Notes under the pieces: generated by a model
Databases searched by the model: none
Told to the model about the DNA's origin: nothing
Seen by the model: the letters and a program-made list of their open reading frames with translations, nothing else
Source: Candidatus Stahliibacteriota bacterium
Lineage (GTDB): Bacteria > Hydrothermota > UBA3072
DNA length: 31,055 nt
Assembly: GCA_004377355.1 (NCBI GenBank)
Contig: SOIB01000007.1
Coordinates: forward strand, 1 to 31,055
Reading direction: 5' to 3'
Shown here: piece after piece, positions 15,609 to 24,469 of the stretch
Layout of the letters: each line of letters starts with the position of its first letter
Position numbering within the stretch: the first letter of the stretch is position 1
Program-made: the position numbers and the translations under genes

Positions 15609-17645
15609 ATTAAAAGTATTATATTCTTTTTCATAATATTATTTCTTTTAATATTTAATTGTGATAGAGGAGAAAAATTCACGTATGAAGGAAATATAGG
15701 GGGAACTTTAATTGTTTCCCTTATGAATGAACCCACCACACTTAACCCTCTTTATCCATCATTTTCTGGTCTTTCCCCTGTTTCAGAAAAAATATTTAAT
15801 CCATTACATGATCAGAAACCAGATGGTAAAGTAAGAACTTGTTTAGCTCAATCATGGGTATATTCAGAGGATCTAAAATCTATTACATATACAATACGAA
15901 AAGATGCAAGTTGGCATGATGGCACACCAGTAACCGCAAAAGACATTGTATTCACTTTTAAACAGATTAAGGACCCCAAGAATAACTCACCAGTCTCTCA
16001 AAGATTGCGATATATTAAAAACGTAAAAGCAATTGGAGAAAGAGAAGTTAGGTTTGTATTTGATAAAGTATATGCAGATGAATTAATCCATTCAAACATA
16101 CTAATCATCCCAAAACATATTGTAGAGAAGGATAAAAATAATCTCCAAATGAGTAACTTCAGTTTCAGCCCAACCGGGAATGGTCCTTACAAGCTTAATG
16201 AATGGAGACAGGGAGAATGGATCGAGTTAGTTGCAAACAATGATTATTTCAGAGGACGACCTCTACTTGATAGAATAGTTTTCTATTTCCCACACTCTTT
16301 GGAAGAACTATTGGATGAAATCAATTTAGGAAATATAGACATAGCATTTGATCTACCTCCAGAGAAATATGACACTATAAAAGGATACAGTACCATAGTA
16401 TCTTCAGGTAGAGCTTATACGTATATTGGCTGGAATCTCAAGCGATTTCAAGATAGAAATTTAAGAAAAGCCTTCAGCATGGCTATTGATCGTGAAGGTA
16501 TTATATCTTCTATACTTAAAGGTTATGGACGTTTATTAAATTGTCCAATAACACATGAGCATTGGGCATTTAACCCTGACATAAAGGGGATCAAACACAA
16601 CGAACAAAAAGCAAAAGAGTTATTAGAAGAACTAGGATATTCAAAGAAAAGCTGGCAACAATACTATCCGGATCTCCGAGTAGAAATTCTGGTAGAAAGT
16701 GGAAATCCCATTCGCAAGGAAGTAGCTTTTTATATTATGTCTGATTTGCGTTCAATAGGGGTTAATACGCTCGTTACGGAACTTAGAGGGTCACAATTGA
16801 TTGATCGTTTATTCAATCGCAATTTTGATGCATATATTCTTGGATGGAGTGTGGACAAAGCCTTTAACCCTCTTCTAATCTGGAGTCCTAACGGTATATA
16901 TAATTTTGTTGGTTATAAAAATAAGAAAGCTCACGATTTAATGAGAAAAGCGCTGTTTTCTCTTGATAGAAAAAAGGCCAAAAAAGCGTGGCATGAATTC
17001 CAGGAAATTATTGCAAAAGATCTTCCTTACACCTTCCTCTATACACCACAGAAGATAACTCTGGTCAAGGAGAATGTAGCAGGAATGAAGCATGAGGATA
17101 AAAGACCAATTTTATCATACCTTGACGAACTGTACTTTAAGAAAGTCCCATCAACTACATTAAATCTTGCATCCCTTGGAACACACTATAAAGAAACACA
17201 AATAGGAAGTGAACAAAGAAAAGCAGAGATAACTACACCACAACAAACACTAACACCTACTGAAGAAATACTGGAAGCAGTAACCTCCACTACTACAATT
17301 GAAGAAGAGAGATCAACAGAAACACCAACTGAAGAAGTAACTACACCTATAGTGGAAAAGAAGGGACCAATTATTCCCCCAATAATAATCTATTATCCTC
17401 CTAAAAGAGATTATCCTGAAAATGCAAGAAAACTTGATGTTCGAGGACAGGTCTTTATAAAAGTTTACATCTCAAAAGAAGGTATAGTTGATAAAGCAGA
17501 TATTGTAAAAGGACTTTTCCCTTCTTGCGATTCAGCAGCTTTATCGGATGCGTATAAATGTAGATTTGATCCTGCAACTCAGGATGGAGAACCTGTAGCG
17601 GATTCACAGACCCTTCCTTTCCGTTTCCCGCCCGGAGGGTGGTAG
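15609..17645 (+). CDS. Family-5 (OppA/DppA-like) ABC substrate-binding lipoprotein fused through a T/E/P-rich linker to a C-terminal TonB_C domain. The true N-terminus likely lies upstream of the track ATG at 15723, starting at a non-canonical ATT at 15609.
   Basis: SBP_bac_5 core throughout. The in-frame upstream sequence encodes a lipoprotein-type signal peptide plus the hallmark GGTLIVSLMNEPTTLNPL motif, and has no ATG/GTG/TTG. An ATT lies 6 nt after a perfect GGGAGG SD (15597-15602). The C-terminus is PIIPPIIIYYPP plus YPENARKLDVRGQVFIKVYISKEGIVDKADIVKG...PFRFP, a TonB_C pattern. Confidence 0.6.
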   Translation: MKSIIFFFIILFLLIFNCDRGEKFTYEGNIGGTLIVSLMNEPTTLNPLYPSFSGLSPVSEKIFNPLHDQKPDGKVRTCLAQSWVYSEDLKSITYTIRKDASWHDGTPVTAKDIVFTFKQIKDPKNNSPVSQRLRYIKNVKAIGEREVRFVFDKVYADELIHSNILIIPKHIVEKDKNNLQMSNFSFSPTGNGPYKLNEWRQGEWIELVANNDYFRGRPLLDRIVFYFPHSLEELLDEINLGNIDIAFDLPPEKYDTIKGYSTIVSSGRAYTYIGWNLKRFQDRNLRKAFSMAIDREGIISSILKGYGRLLNCPITHEHWAFNPDIKGIKHNEQKAKELLEELGYSKKSWQQYYPDLRVEILVESGNPIRKEVAFYIMSDLRSIGVNTLVTELRGSQLIDRLFNRNFDAYILGWSVDKAFNPLLIWSPNGIYNFVGYKNKKAHDLMRKALFSLDRKKAKKAWHEFQEIIAKDLPYTFLYTPQKITLVKENVAGMKHEDKRPILSYLDELYFKKVPSTTLNLASLGTHYKETQIGSEQRKAEITTPQQTLTPTEEILEAVTSTTTIEEERSTETPTEEVTTPIVEKKGPIIPPIIIYYPPKRDYPENARKLDVRGQVFIKVYISKEGIVDKADIVKGLFPSCDSAALSDAYKCRFDPATQDGEPVADSQTLPFRFPPGGW

Positions 17646-17651
17646 TCTTTA

Positions 17652-18215
17652 ATGAATGTAAAATTTATAGAAAAACGAACTATGATGGGTGAGGAAGAAA
17701 TGCACTGGGCATTAAGACGTATATCCCATCAGGTGATAGAAGACAACCCACGACTTAAAAAAATTTGTATAATTGGAATTCGAAAAAGAGGAGATATATT
17801 AGCCAAACGAATTGCAGAAATACTTAGTGAGCTGACTTCCTGGGATGTAAATATTGGTGTCCTCGATATAACCCTTTACAGAGACGACCTCACAACCTAT
17901 GGACCTAAACCATTAATTGGTCCTACATATTTCCCATGTCCAATAGATGAATTGCCTGTTTTACTTGTAGACGATGTAATACATACAGGTAGAACAATCA
18001 GAGCTGCCCTCGATGAAATTATGGATTATGGTCGTCCTTCTGCAGTAAAACTTGCAGTGATGGTAAACAGGAGCGGAAGAGAACTGCCTATAATGCCCGA
18101 TTATTTTGGAACTTCTATAGATCTCACAGAAGGCGAAGAAGTTCGAGTTAACATTTTGGAAACGGACGGGCAAGACTCTGTAAAAATAGTAGAGGTAAAA
18201 ATTGATAATGAATAG
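17652..18215 (+). CDS. pyrR: PyrR, bifunctional pyrimidine operon regulator / uracil phosphoribosyltransferase
   Basis: Type-I PRTase PRPP motif VLLVDDVIHTGRT. Size and overall pattern match PyrR. Starts 6 nt after the upstream gene. Confidence 0.8.
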   Translation: MNVKFIEKRTMMGEEEMHWALRRISHQVIEDNPRLKKICIIGIRKRGDILAKRIAEILSELTSWDVNIGVLDITLYRDDLTTYGPKPLIGPTYFPCPIDELPVLLVDDVIHTGRTIRAALDEIMDYGRPSAVKLAVMVNRSGRELPIMPDYFGTSIDLTEGEEVRVNILETDGQDSVKIVEVKIDNE

Positions 18216-19143
18216 GAAAGACCTTTTAGGAATTGAAGATTTAAGCAAAGAAGAAATTGAGGAGATTTTAAAGGTAGCAAAGTCTATGGAAGAGATTCTA
18301 GAGCGACCTATCAAAATTGCACCTACGCTACGAGGAATAACTGTAGCAAATCTATTCTTCGAGCCAAGTACCCGAACCTTGAATTCTTTTACTCTAGCAG
18401 AAAAAAGGCTTTCTGCAGACTCTATTAACCTCGTATCATCTTCCTCAAGTGTTCTCAAGGGAGAAACATTACTTGACACTGCTAAGAATATTCAAGCGAT
18501 GGAAGTGGATATAATTGTCATACGGCATTCCATACCAGGAGCTCCTCATTTTTTAGCAGAGAGATTAGATGCTTCTGTTATAAATGCAGGAGATGGAGCA
18601 CATGAACATCCAACACAAGCCTTATCAGACCTTATGACAATACGAAAAAAGTTTTCTAAAATTAAAGATCTAAAAGTAGCTATTGTGGGCGACATTGAAC
18701 ACTCTCGAGTTGCACGTTCACTTATTATAGGCTTGAATAAGATGGGCGCAAAGGTTTTTGTATGCGGTCCACCTACTTTAATACCAAAATGGATGGATAT
18801 ATTTGACGTTACAATTAAATATAACTTAGAGGAAATTTTACCAGACAAGGACATTTTATATATTCTAAGAGTACAAAAGGAAAGGCAGGAGGAAAGTCTC
18901 CTTCCTTCAATGAGAGAATACATAAAATACTATAGTCTCACCTACGAAAGATTAAGGAAGTTTGCTTCTTCAAAAGTCATTATAATGCATCCAGGACCAA
19001 TTAACAGAGGGATCGAGATTGAATCGCGTGTAGCAGATTCTGAATATTCACTCATTTTAGACCAGGTAATATCGGGCGTGGCAGTTAGGATGAGTATTCT
19101 CTACCTTTTAAGCAGGAAAAAAATCGATGAAAATAGCAATTAA
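18202..19143 (+). CDS. pyrB: Aspartate carbamoyltransferase catalytic subunit
   Basis: STRTR-like (EPSTRTLNSF), HPTQAL and HPGP (MHPGPINRG) motifs. Overlaps pyrR by 14 nt. Confidence 0.85.
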   Translation: MIMNRKDLLGIEDLSKEEIEEILKVAKSMEEILERPIKIAPTLRGITVANLFFEPSTRTLNSFTLAEKRLSADSINLVSSSSSVLKGETLLDTAKNIQAMEVDIIVIRHSIPGAPHFLAERLDASVINAGDGAHEHPTQALSDLMTIRKKFSKIKDLKVAIVGDIEHSRVARSLIIGLNKMGAKVFVCGPPTLIPKWMDIFDVTIKYNLEEILPDKDILYILRVQKERQEESLLPSMREYIKYYSLTYERLRKFASSKVIIMHPGPINRGIEIESRVADSEYSLILDQVISGVAVRMSILYLLSRKKIDENSN

Positions 19144-20419
19144 AGGTGCTCACCTTCTTGATCCAAAGAATAACGTAGACGAAATTGGTAATATTTATAT
19201 TGAAAATGGTATAGTTATAGGTAAATCATCACGTAAGACGCAAGATGTGAAAATAGATGCCAGTGGTCTATATCTAATACCTGGATTAGTAGATATTCAC
19301 TCACATTTTCGTGAGCCAGGCAAAGAAGACGCTGAAACAATAGAAAGTGGATCTCGTGCCGCTCTTAAAGGAGGGTATACAACGGTTTGTGTAATGCCAA
19401 ATACAGAGCCACCGATTGATAATGAAGGAGTAGCAAGATTCATAAAGGAAAAAGCAATAGAGAATAAAAAATGTCGAATTTTTCCAGTTGGAACTATAAC
19501 TAAAGGAAGAGAAGGTAGGGAACTATCAGAGATGGGACATCTCTATGAAGCTGGTTGTGTGGCTTTCAGCGATGATGGTAACTGTGTAATGAACCCTGCA
19601 GTGCTACGAAGAGCTCTGGAATATTCCCTTTTCTTAGAAGTCCCTATTATAGAGCATCCTGAAGATATGTTATTATCCAAAAATGGTCAAATAAATGAAG
19701 GTATAATATCAACAAAACTCGGATTAAAAGGTATACCTGATATATCTGAAGCATCTATAGTAGCAAGAGATATACTTCTTTCCAAATTTACAGAGGGGAG
19801 ACTTCATCTTGCTCATATTTCATCAGAGGAGTCTGTAAGTATAATAAAATATGGAAAGAGTAAGAGTATTAGGGTTACGGCAGAAGTTACACCACATCAT
19901 CTTCTCTTAACTGAAGAAGAAGTTTTAAGTTTTGACACCAATAAAAAGATGAAACCACCACTTAGAACTAAATCAGATAGAGATGCCCTGCAGAAAGCGT
20001 TGAAAGAAGGAATTATTGATTCAGTAGCTACAGACCATGCTCCACATCCTGATTATGAAAAAGAACTCGAGTACTCTCTTGCTCCTTTTGGCGTAATTGG
20101 TTTGGAAACTGCATTTAGTGCATTATACACCAAACTTATCCTTCCCGGCACCTTAAGTTTTAAGCAATTAATTCTATGTATGACAGATAAACCTGCACAG
20201 ATACTCGCTCTTCCGGTTGGCGAGATAAAAAAAGGAGGAACTGCAGATTTTACCCTTCTTGACCTTGGGAGCGAATGGGAGGTTGACCCAGATAATTTTG
20301 AATCAAAATCAAAAAATTCTCCTTTCATTGGATGGAAACTAAAAGGAGTCATAAAAGCAACTATAGTTAATGGCTTTCTACCTTATAGAGAAGGTGAATT
20401 CCTGAGGGAGGAAAAGTGA
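19127..20419 (+). CDS. pyrC: Dihydroorotase (class I, about 430 aa)
   Basis: Metal-binding DIHSHFREPG and DHAPH motifs. Overlaps pyrB by 17 nt. Confidence 0.8.
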   Translation: MKIAIKGAHLLDPKNNVDEIGNIYIENGIVIGKSSRKTQDVKIDASGLYLIPGLVDIHSHFREPGKEDAETIESGSRAALKGGYTTVCVMPNTEPPIDNEGVARFIKEKAIENKKCRIFPVGTITKGREGRELSEMGHLYEAGCVAFSDDGNCVMNPAVLRRALEYSLFLEVPIIEHPEDMLLSKNGQINEGIISTKLGLKGIPDISEASIVARDILLSKFTEGRLHLAHISSEESVSIIKYGKSKSIRVTAEVTPHHLLLTEEEVLSFDTNKKMKPPLRTKSDRDALQKALKEGIIDSVATDHAPHPDYEKELEYSLAPFGVIGLETAFSALYTKLILPGTLSFKQLILCMTDKPAQILALPVGEIKKGGTADFTLLDLGSEWEVDPDNFESKSKNSPFIGWKLKGVIKATIVNGFLPYREGEFLREEK

Positions 20420-22920
20420 CTGCTTCGTTTGATATCTTCGATTTAGAAACAGCTGCAGTCATGGGAAGTAAATTTCTCTTCTCCTTAAAGGAAGGAGCCG
20501 GTGAGAGTGAACTCTACGAAACATCAAAACAGACACTATCTCGTTATTTTGAACTCAGAGGCTTAGATACAAAGAAATTGGACTTCTTCTTAGAACACAA
20601 ATGTAAGTTTATTATGGAACTAAATAAAGAAGAAAGAGCTTACCTCCGTGATATGTTTACTCGTCTTGAAGAAAATAAAATAAATAAAGAAGACATCAAA
20701 TTTTTTAATAGCCTAACTGAAAATATCTTAGAAAAGGGTTCTCACTATTTTCCTCTACTATTATCTTTAATAATGAAAATTTTTCCATCTGAATTGGTAA
20801 GTGGGGTAAAGAAATCCTTCGAAGTAGGGAAAAGATTAAGCGGATTGCTAAATGATATTTTAAAAAGTAAAGAATTGGATAATTTCACCATTTTGTTTTT
20901 AAAAGAACCTCTTCCAATTGGAATTCCACTCACAAACACCTCATTAGATGACTTCAAAAAATTTCTTACTCCTTATGGTTTTACTCCCGACCTATTAAAA
21001 CAAATTCATAATATTTTAAGAGCTAATTTTACCCAAAGAGAGAGTGGAGATATAATTTCTCTTCTTAAGAACACAGATATATCGGGTTTGGATGATTTAC
21101 GTAACTTTAACTTTTATAGCTTTTTCATACCAGAAGATGATACCTTAGTAAGAATTGCAAAAATAGTATCTGATAAAGCATCCAAAGTGAAGCAAAGATT
21201 AATGCAGAAAGATATGGAACTTGATATGAAAGATGTAAAAGTCCGAGAAGAAACCCACCAACTCCTTCGGAAAAATGTAGAAAAATTACAATCACTAATA
21301 GATGTGAAAAAGGGTAATCTTCAAGAGATTTTGAGTAATACTCAGGAACAATTTACTGCGCTTGAAAAAGCGATAAAACTACATATAAGACATATCCAGG
21401 CGCATGAACATGCTTCTAAATCGCTAAAAAAAGCCATCGATGAGAATAAGATACTACTCAGCATAAATCTAGAAGATATAAAGAATTTCTTTCCCACTCC
21501 TCCCCTCTGGGAAATAGAAAGACTAATAAAGGAATTCTGGCATGAATTACCATACCTCGAAATTATTGATCCTGCATGTGAAAGAAAAATAATTAAGCTT
21601 CTAAAAAAAGAAGAACGGTTATCCTCTGATAAAAAATTATTTTTACAGCTCGCACATACGGAGAGAAGAGGATTCTCTCCTGATATCGAAAGAGTAATCT
21701 TAAATTATAGAAAGGTCTTAGAAGAAATCTTTGAACCTTTATACATCCGTGAAGTAATAAATCGTATGATTGAAATCTGGCCTCCTAACGTTGATTTTGG
21801 AAATCCTAAATCAATAATTGTTACAACTAGAAAACTCCATCTTGCAGGTCTGGATTTACTACCAAAAGGACACTTTTACAGATTCGGAATTAAAGGTAAT
21901 ATAGAGCCCACTATTGATAGAAAGCTGTTAGAAAAAAGAGAACAAATATCAACCTTTCTAAGAAAAGGATTCTCAACCCTTGTTTCAGTTTTAATATATG
22001 ATATTCGTGGCTCGAGTTTTATGGCACATCGCCTTCGGAATGCTAAGAAGGAAAGGTCTATTCGTAATAAATTCCAATCTACTATGCTTGACACAGCCAC
22101 AAGGGGTTCGTCGTTTATACTCAAAGATACAGGTGATGGAGGAATCTTGTGGTTTGGTGGCAATTCTAACAAACTCTACAGGAATATCTATAAGTGTCGG
22201 GAGAGTGAATCAGGGGCAATCTTACGTTCTTCAACTGCTTTTGAAGATGAATTCATACTAACGCCACACCCAAAGAGCGCAGAGATGGCTATTAATGCAG
22301 CATTAAATTTAGTGCAAACGGCCGAGGATTTCGTCACAGAAAATTATATGAACTACAGAGATTGGTTTGAAGAAATAACAGAGAAAGAAGTCTTTCACGA
22401 TGGCATTACCTACGCGTTACTACCTCCTAAATTCAAATCGTTATTCAGGCTTGGTATAGGGATAGCAAGTGGACAACCTGGAAAAGACATTATATTCTCC
22501 CCTAATGCATTTGGGGATCCCGATCTTACGGGAAATATTGTGGACGAATCCGCTCTATTTTCATCCGGGAGGAGTCCTGAACGTTCTGTAATTCTAATAG
22601 ACCATTGTACACTAATAAATCTACTACTCAACTCAGATCAATATCTATTGATTCTTCCCCTAACTAAGGAAGACTCTGACGAGGTAGTTATTGATAAACT
22701 CCTTACCATTCTTAAAAGAGAAGAATCTGAACAGGAATTCATATTCGATGATTTTACTGTATCACCTGTGGGTCTCTATTATATTGACTATAAAGATAAG
22801 GAAAAGAGTATAGAGTTCAAACTTTGGAAGAATTTAAAATTGGAATTCAATGATAAAGGGGACTTATCTAGCAAAAGGGGTCGTGTAAAAATACTCTATG
22901 AAGTCTTAGTTAAGGAATAG
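20416..22920 (+). CDS. Large hypothetical protein (834 aa). It has a ~500-aa alpha-helical N-terminal region of unknown function plus a divergent class-III nucleotidyl-cyclase (CHD/palm) domain around aa 520-715.
   Basis: The C-terminal region matches cyclase hallmarks. LVSVLIYDIRGSSFMA matches vtvlFaDIvGFTal with the metal Asp. ILKDTGDGGILWFG matches iKtiGDaymavfG with the second Asp. AEMAINAALNL and FRLGIGIASGQPG...GNIVDESALFSSG match rvGIhtG...GdtVNlAsRl, but the canonical Arg is missing. GTG start overlaps the pyrC stop (GTGA). Confidence 0.45.
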   Translation: MTASFDIFDLETAAVMGSKFLFSLKEGAGESELYETSKQTLSRYFELRGLDTKKLDFFLEHKCKFIMELNKEERAYLRDMFTRLEENKINKEDIKFFNSLTENILEKGSHYFPLLLSLIMKIFPSELVSGVKKSFEVGKRLSGLLNDILKSKELDNFTILFLKEPLPIGIPLTNTSLDDFKKFLTPYGFTPDLLKQIHNILRANFTQRESGDIISLLKNTDISGLDDLRNFNFYSFFIPEDDTLVRIAKIVSDKASKVKQRLMQKDMELDMKDVKVREETHQLLRKNVEKLQSLIDVKKGNLQEILSNTQEQFTALEKAIKLHIRHIQAHEHASKSLKKAIDENKILLSINLEDIKNFFPTPPLWEIERLIKEFWHELPYLEIIDPACERKIIKLLKKEERLSSDKKLFLQLAHTERRGFSPDIERVILNYRKVLEEIFEPLYIREVINRMIEIWPPNVDFGNPKSIIVTTRKLHLAGLDLLPKGHFYRFGIKGNIEPTIDRKLLEKREQISTFLRKGFSTLVSVLIYDIRGSSFMAHRLRNAKKERSIRNKFQSTMLDTATRGSSFILKDTGDGGILWFGGNSNKLYRNIYKCRESESGAILRSSTAFEDEFILTPHPKSAEMAINAALNLVQTAEDFVTENYMNYRDWFEEITEKEVFHDGITYALLPPKFKSLFRLGIGIASGQPGKDIIFSPNAFGDPDLTGNIVDESALFSSGRSPERSVILIDHCTLINLLLNSDQYLLILPLTKEDSDEVVIDKLLTILKREESEQEFIFDDFTVSPVGLYYIDYKDKEKSIEFKLWKNLKLEFNDKGDLSSKRGRVKILYEVLVKE

Positions 22921-22921
22921 A

Positions 22922-24469
22922 ATGAAAAATAGAATAAAAGAATTCGAAGAAATAATAAAAGCAATTAACTCAGAAAAAATTAATATCGATGAAGTTCTTC
23001 GCCTAATAATGGATAATATATCAAAATTAATTAGCGCTAAAGCGTGGTCACTTCTCCTGTTAGATAAAAAAAATAGAGCACTTGTTTTTAAGGTAGTTAT
23101 TGGCGAAAAAAATGAGGAATTAACTGGAAAAAGGATGCCAATGGACAAAGGAGTGGTGGGATGGGTAGTGAAAAATAAAAAGTCAGTAATTGTATCTGAA
23201 CCTTATCAAGATAAGCGATTTTTCAAAGATATTGACAAAAATACAGGTTTTATAACAGAGAATATTCTAGCAATTCCTTTAATCAATAAAGGCAGGATAC
23301 TTGGAGTCATTGAAGCAATTAACAAAGTTGATGGAACTAATTTCGACCAAAAAGATTTGAAATCAGTTTGCAATTTTGCTGAACATGCAGCTATTGCTCT
23401 TGAAAATGCAAGTCTTGTCCAGAGCTTACAAAATAAAGTGAGATATTTAACACTTATTTCAAATATCAATAAAAATATAACCTCTATTCTTGACCTTGAA
23501 ACTCTACTAAAGAAGAGCACAAAATTAATCCAGAAGACATTTGATTACTATTATGTTGGAATAGGACTTTTTGAAAATGATAAAATTATTTTAAAGGGAT
23601 TCTCTGCTGCTAAAAATATTAAGCCTGTCCGGACCTTAATAAATAAAGGCGAGGGACTTGTCGGAAAAGTTATGAATGATATGAAAAGGATTATAATTCT
23701 GGATTCCGAAAAAGAACTGGATTTTTGTGAAGGTATTAAAGGTGTCAAGAGCGAGATGGTAATTCCAATCAAAAGAGAAACTAATTTTTTGGGTATTATT
23801 GATATTGGCTCACCAGAGAAATATGCTTTTTCAGTAGAAGAAGCAGATATCGTAAGTGAAGTATCACACCAATTAGCTATTGCTGTAGAGAATGCGAAAC
23901 TTTACCAGAAAATAAGACTTGCAGCAATTACTGATGATCTAACAGGTTTATATAATTCAAGATTTTGCAATAAAAAACTACCTGGAATTGTTAATAAATG
24001 GCGAAAGGAAGGTAAAGTTGGCTCCCTAGTATTTATGGATATTGATCATTTTAAAAATATAAACGATTCTTACAACCATTTAATAGGAAGTAAATTATTA
24101 CATTTGGTGGCAAGAAGAATAAAGGAAGTATTGGATGAAGGTAAAATAGGAATAAGATATGGAGGCGATGAATATATAATCCTAATGGAAGATATGGAAT
24201 TAGAAAAGGCAATTGATTTTACCAAAGAAATTAAAAATCTAATTTCGTCGCGACCATATACAATTGGTGATAATTCTGGTGAAATAAAATGCAACGTAAA
24301 AGCCAGCTTTGGAATAGCAAGTTTCCCAGATGTAACAACAGACCCTCAGGAATTACTCCGTCTCGCAGACCTTGCAATGTATTATGTAAAAGCCAACGGT
24401 AGGGATAATATAGCTTATATGGACAAAAACGCTGATATTCAACTTCTTAATGAGCAAACAAATCCTTAA
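22922..24469 (+). CDS. GAF-GAF-GGDEF diguanylate cyclase (active-site variant GGDEY)
   Basis: Two GAF-like modules (..GVVGWVVKNKKSVIV..; ..GEGLVGKVMNDMKRIIIL..). GGDEF domain with DDLTGLYNSRF, DIDHFKNIND and RYGGDEYIILM. Starts 1 nt after the upstream stop. Confidence 0.8.
   Translation: MKNRIKEFEEIIKAINSEKINIDEVLRLIMDNISKLISAKAWSLLLLDKKNRALVFKVVIGEKNEELTGKRMPMDKGVVGWVVKNKKSVIVSEPYQDKRFFKDIDKNTGFITENILAIPLINKGRILGVIEAINKVDGTNFDQKDLKSVCNFAEHAAIALENASLVQSLQNKVRYLTLISNINKNITSILDLETLLKKSTKLIQKTFDYYYVGIGLFENDKIILKGFSAAKNIKPVRTLINKGEGLVGKVMNDMKRIIILDSEKELDFCEGIKGVKSEMVIPIKRETNFLGIIDIGSPEKYAFSVEEADIVSEVSHQLAIAVENAKLYQKIRLAAITDDLTGLYNSRFCNKKLPGIVNKWRKEGKVGSLVFMDIDHFKNINDSYNHLIGSKLLHLVARRIKEVLDEGKIGIRYGGDEYIILMEDMELEKAIDFTKEIKNLISSRPYTIGDNSGEIKCNVKASFGIASFPDVTTDPQELLRLADLAMYYVKANGRDNIAYMDKNADIQLLNEQTNP

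Noticed and set aside
17640-18215. Looked for a PyrR-binding attenuator (anti-antiterminator loop plus terminator) upstream of pyrR/pyrB
   Set aside because: pyrR starts 6 nt after the upstream gene and overlaps pyrB, so there is no room for an attenuator. PyrR here may regulate elsewhere or act mainly as a UPRTase.
22360-22700. Interpreting the 834-aa C-terminal domain as a degenerate GGDEF domain rather than a class-III cyclase
   Set aside because: The DIRGSS (DIxGFT-like) motif and the distal GIGIASG...GNIVDES segment fit the adenylyl/guanylyl cyclase motif order better than GGDEF (no GG[DE]EF-like loop). However, the two folds are homologous, so only a profile search can settle it.
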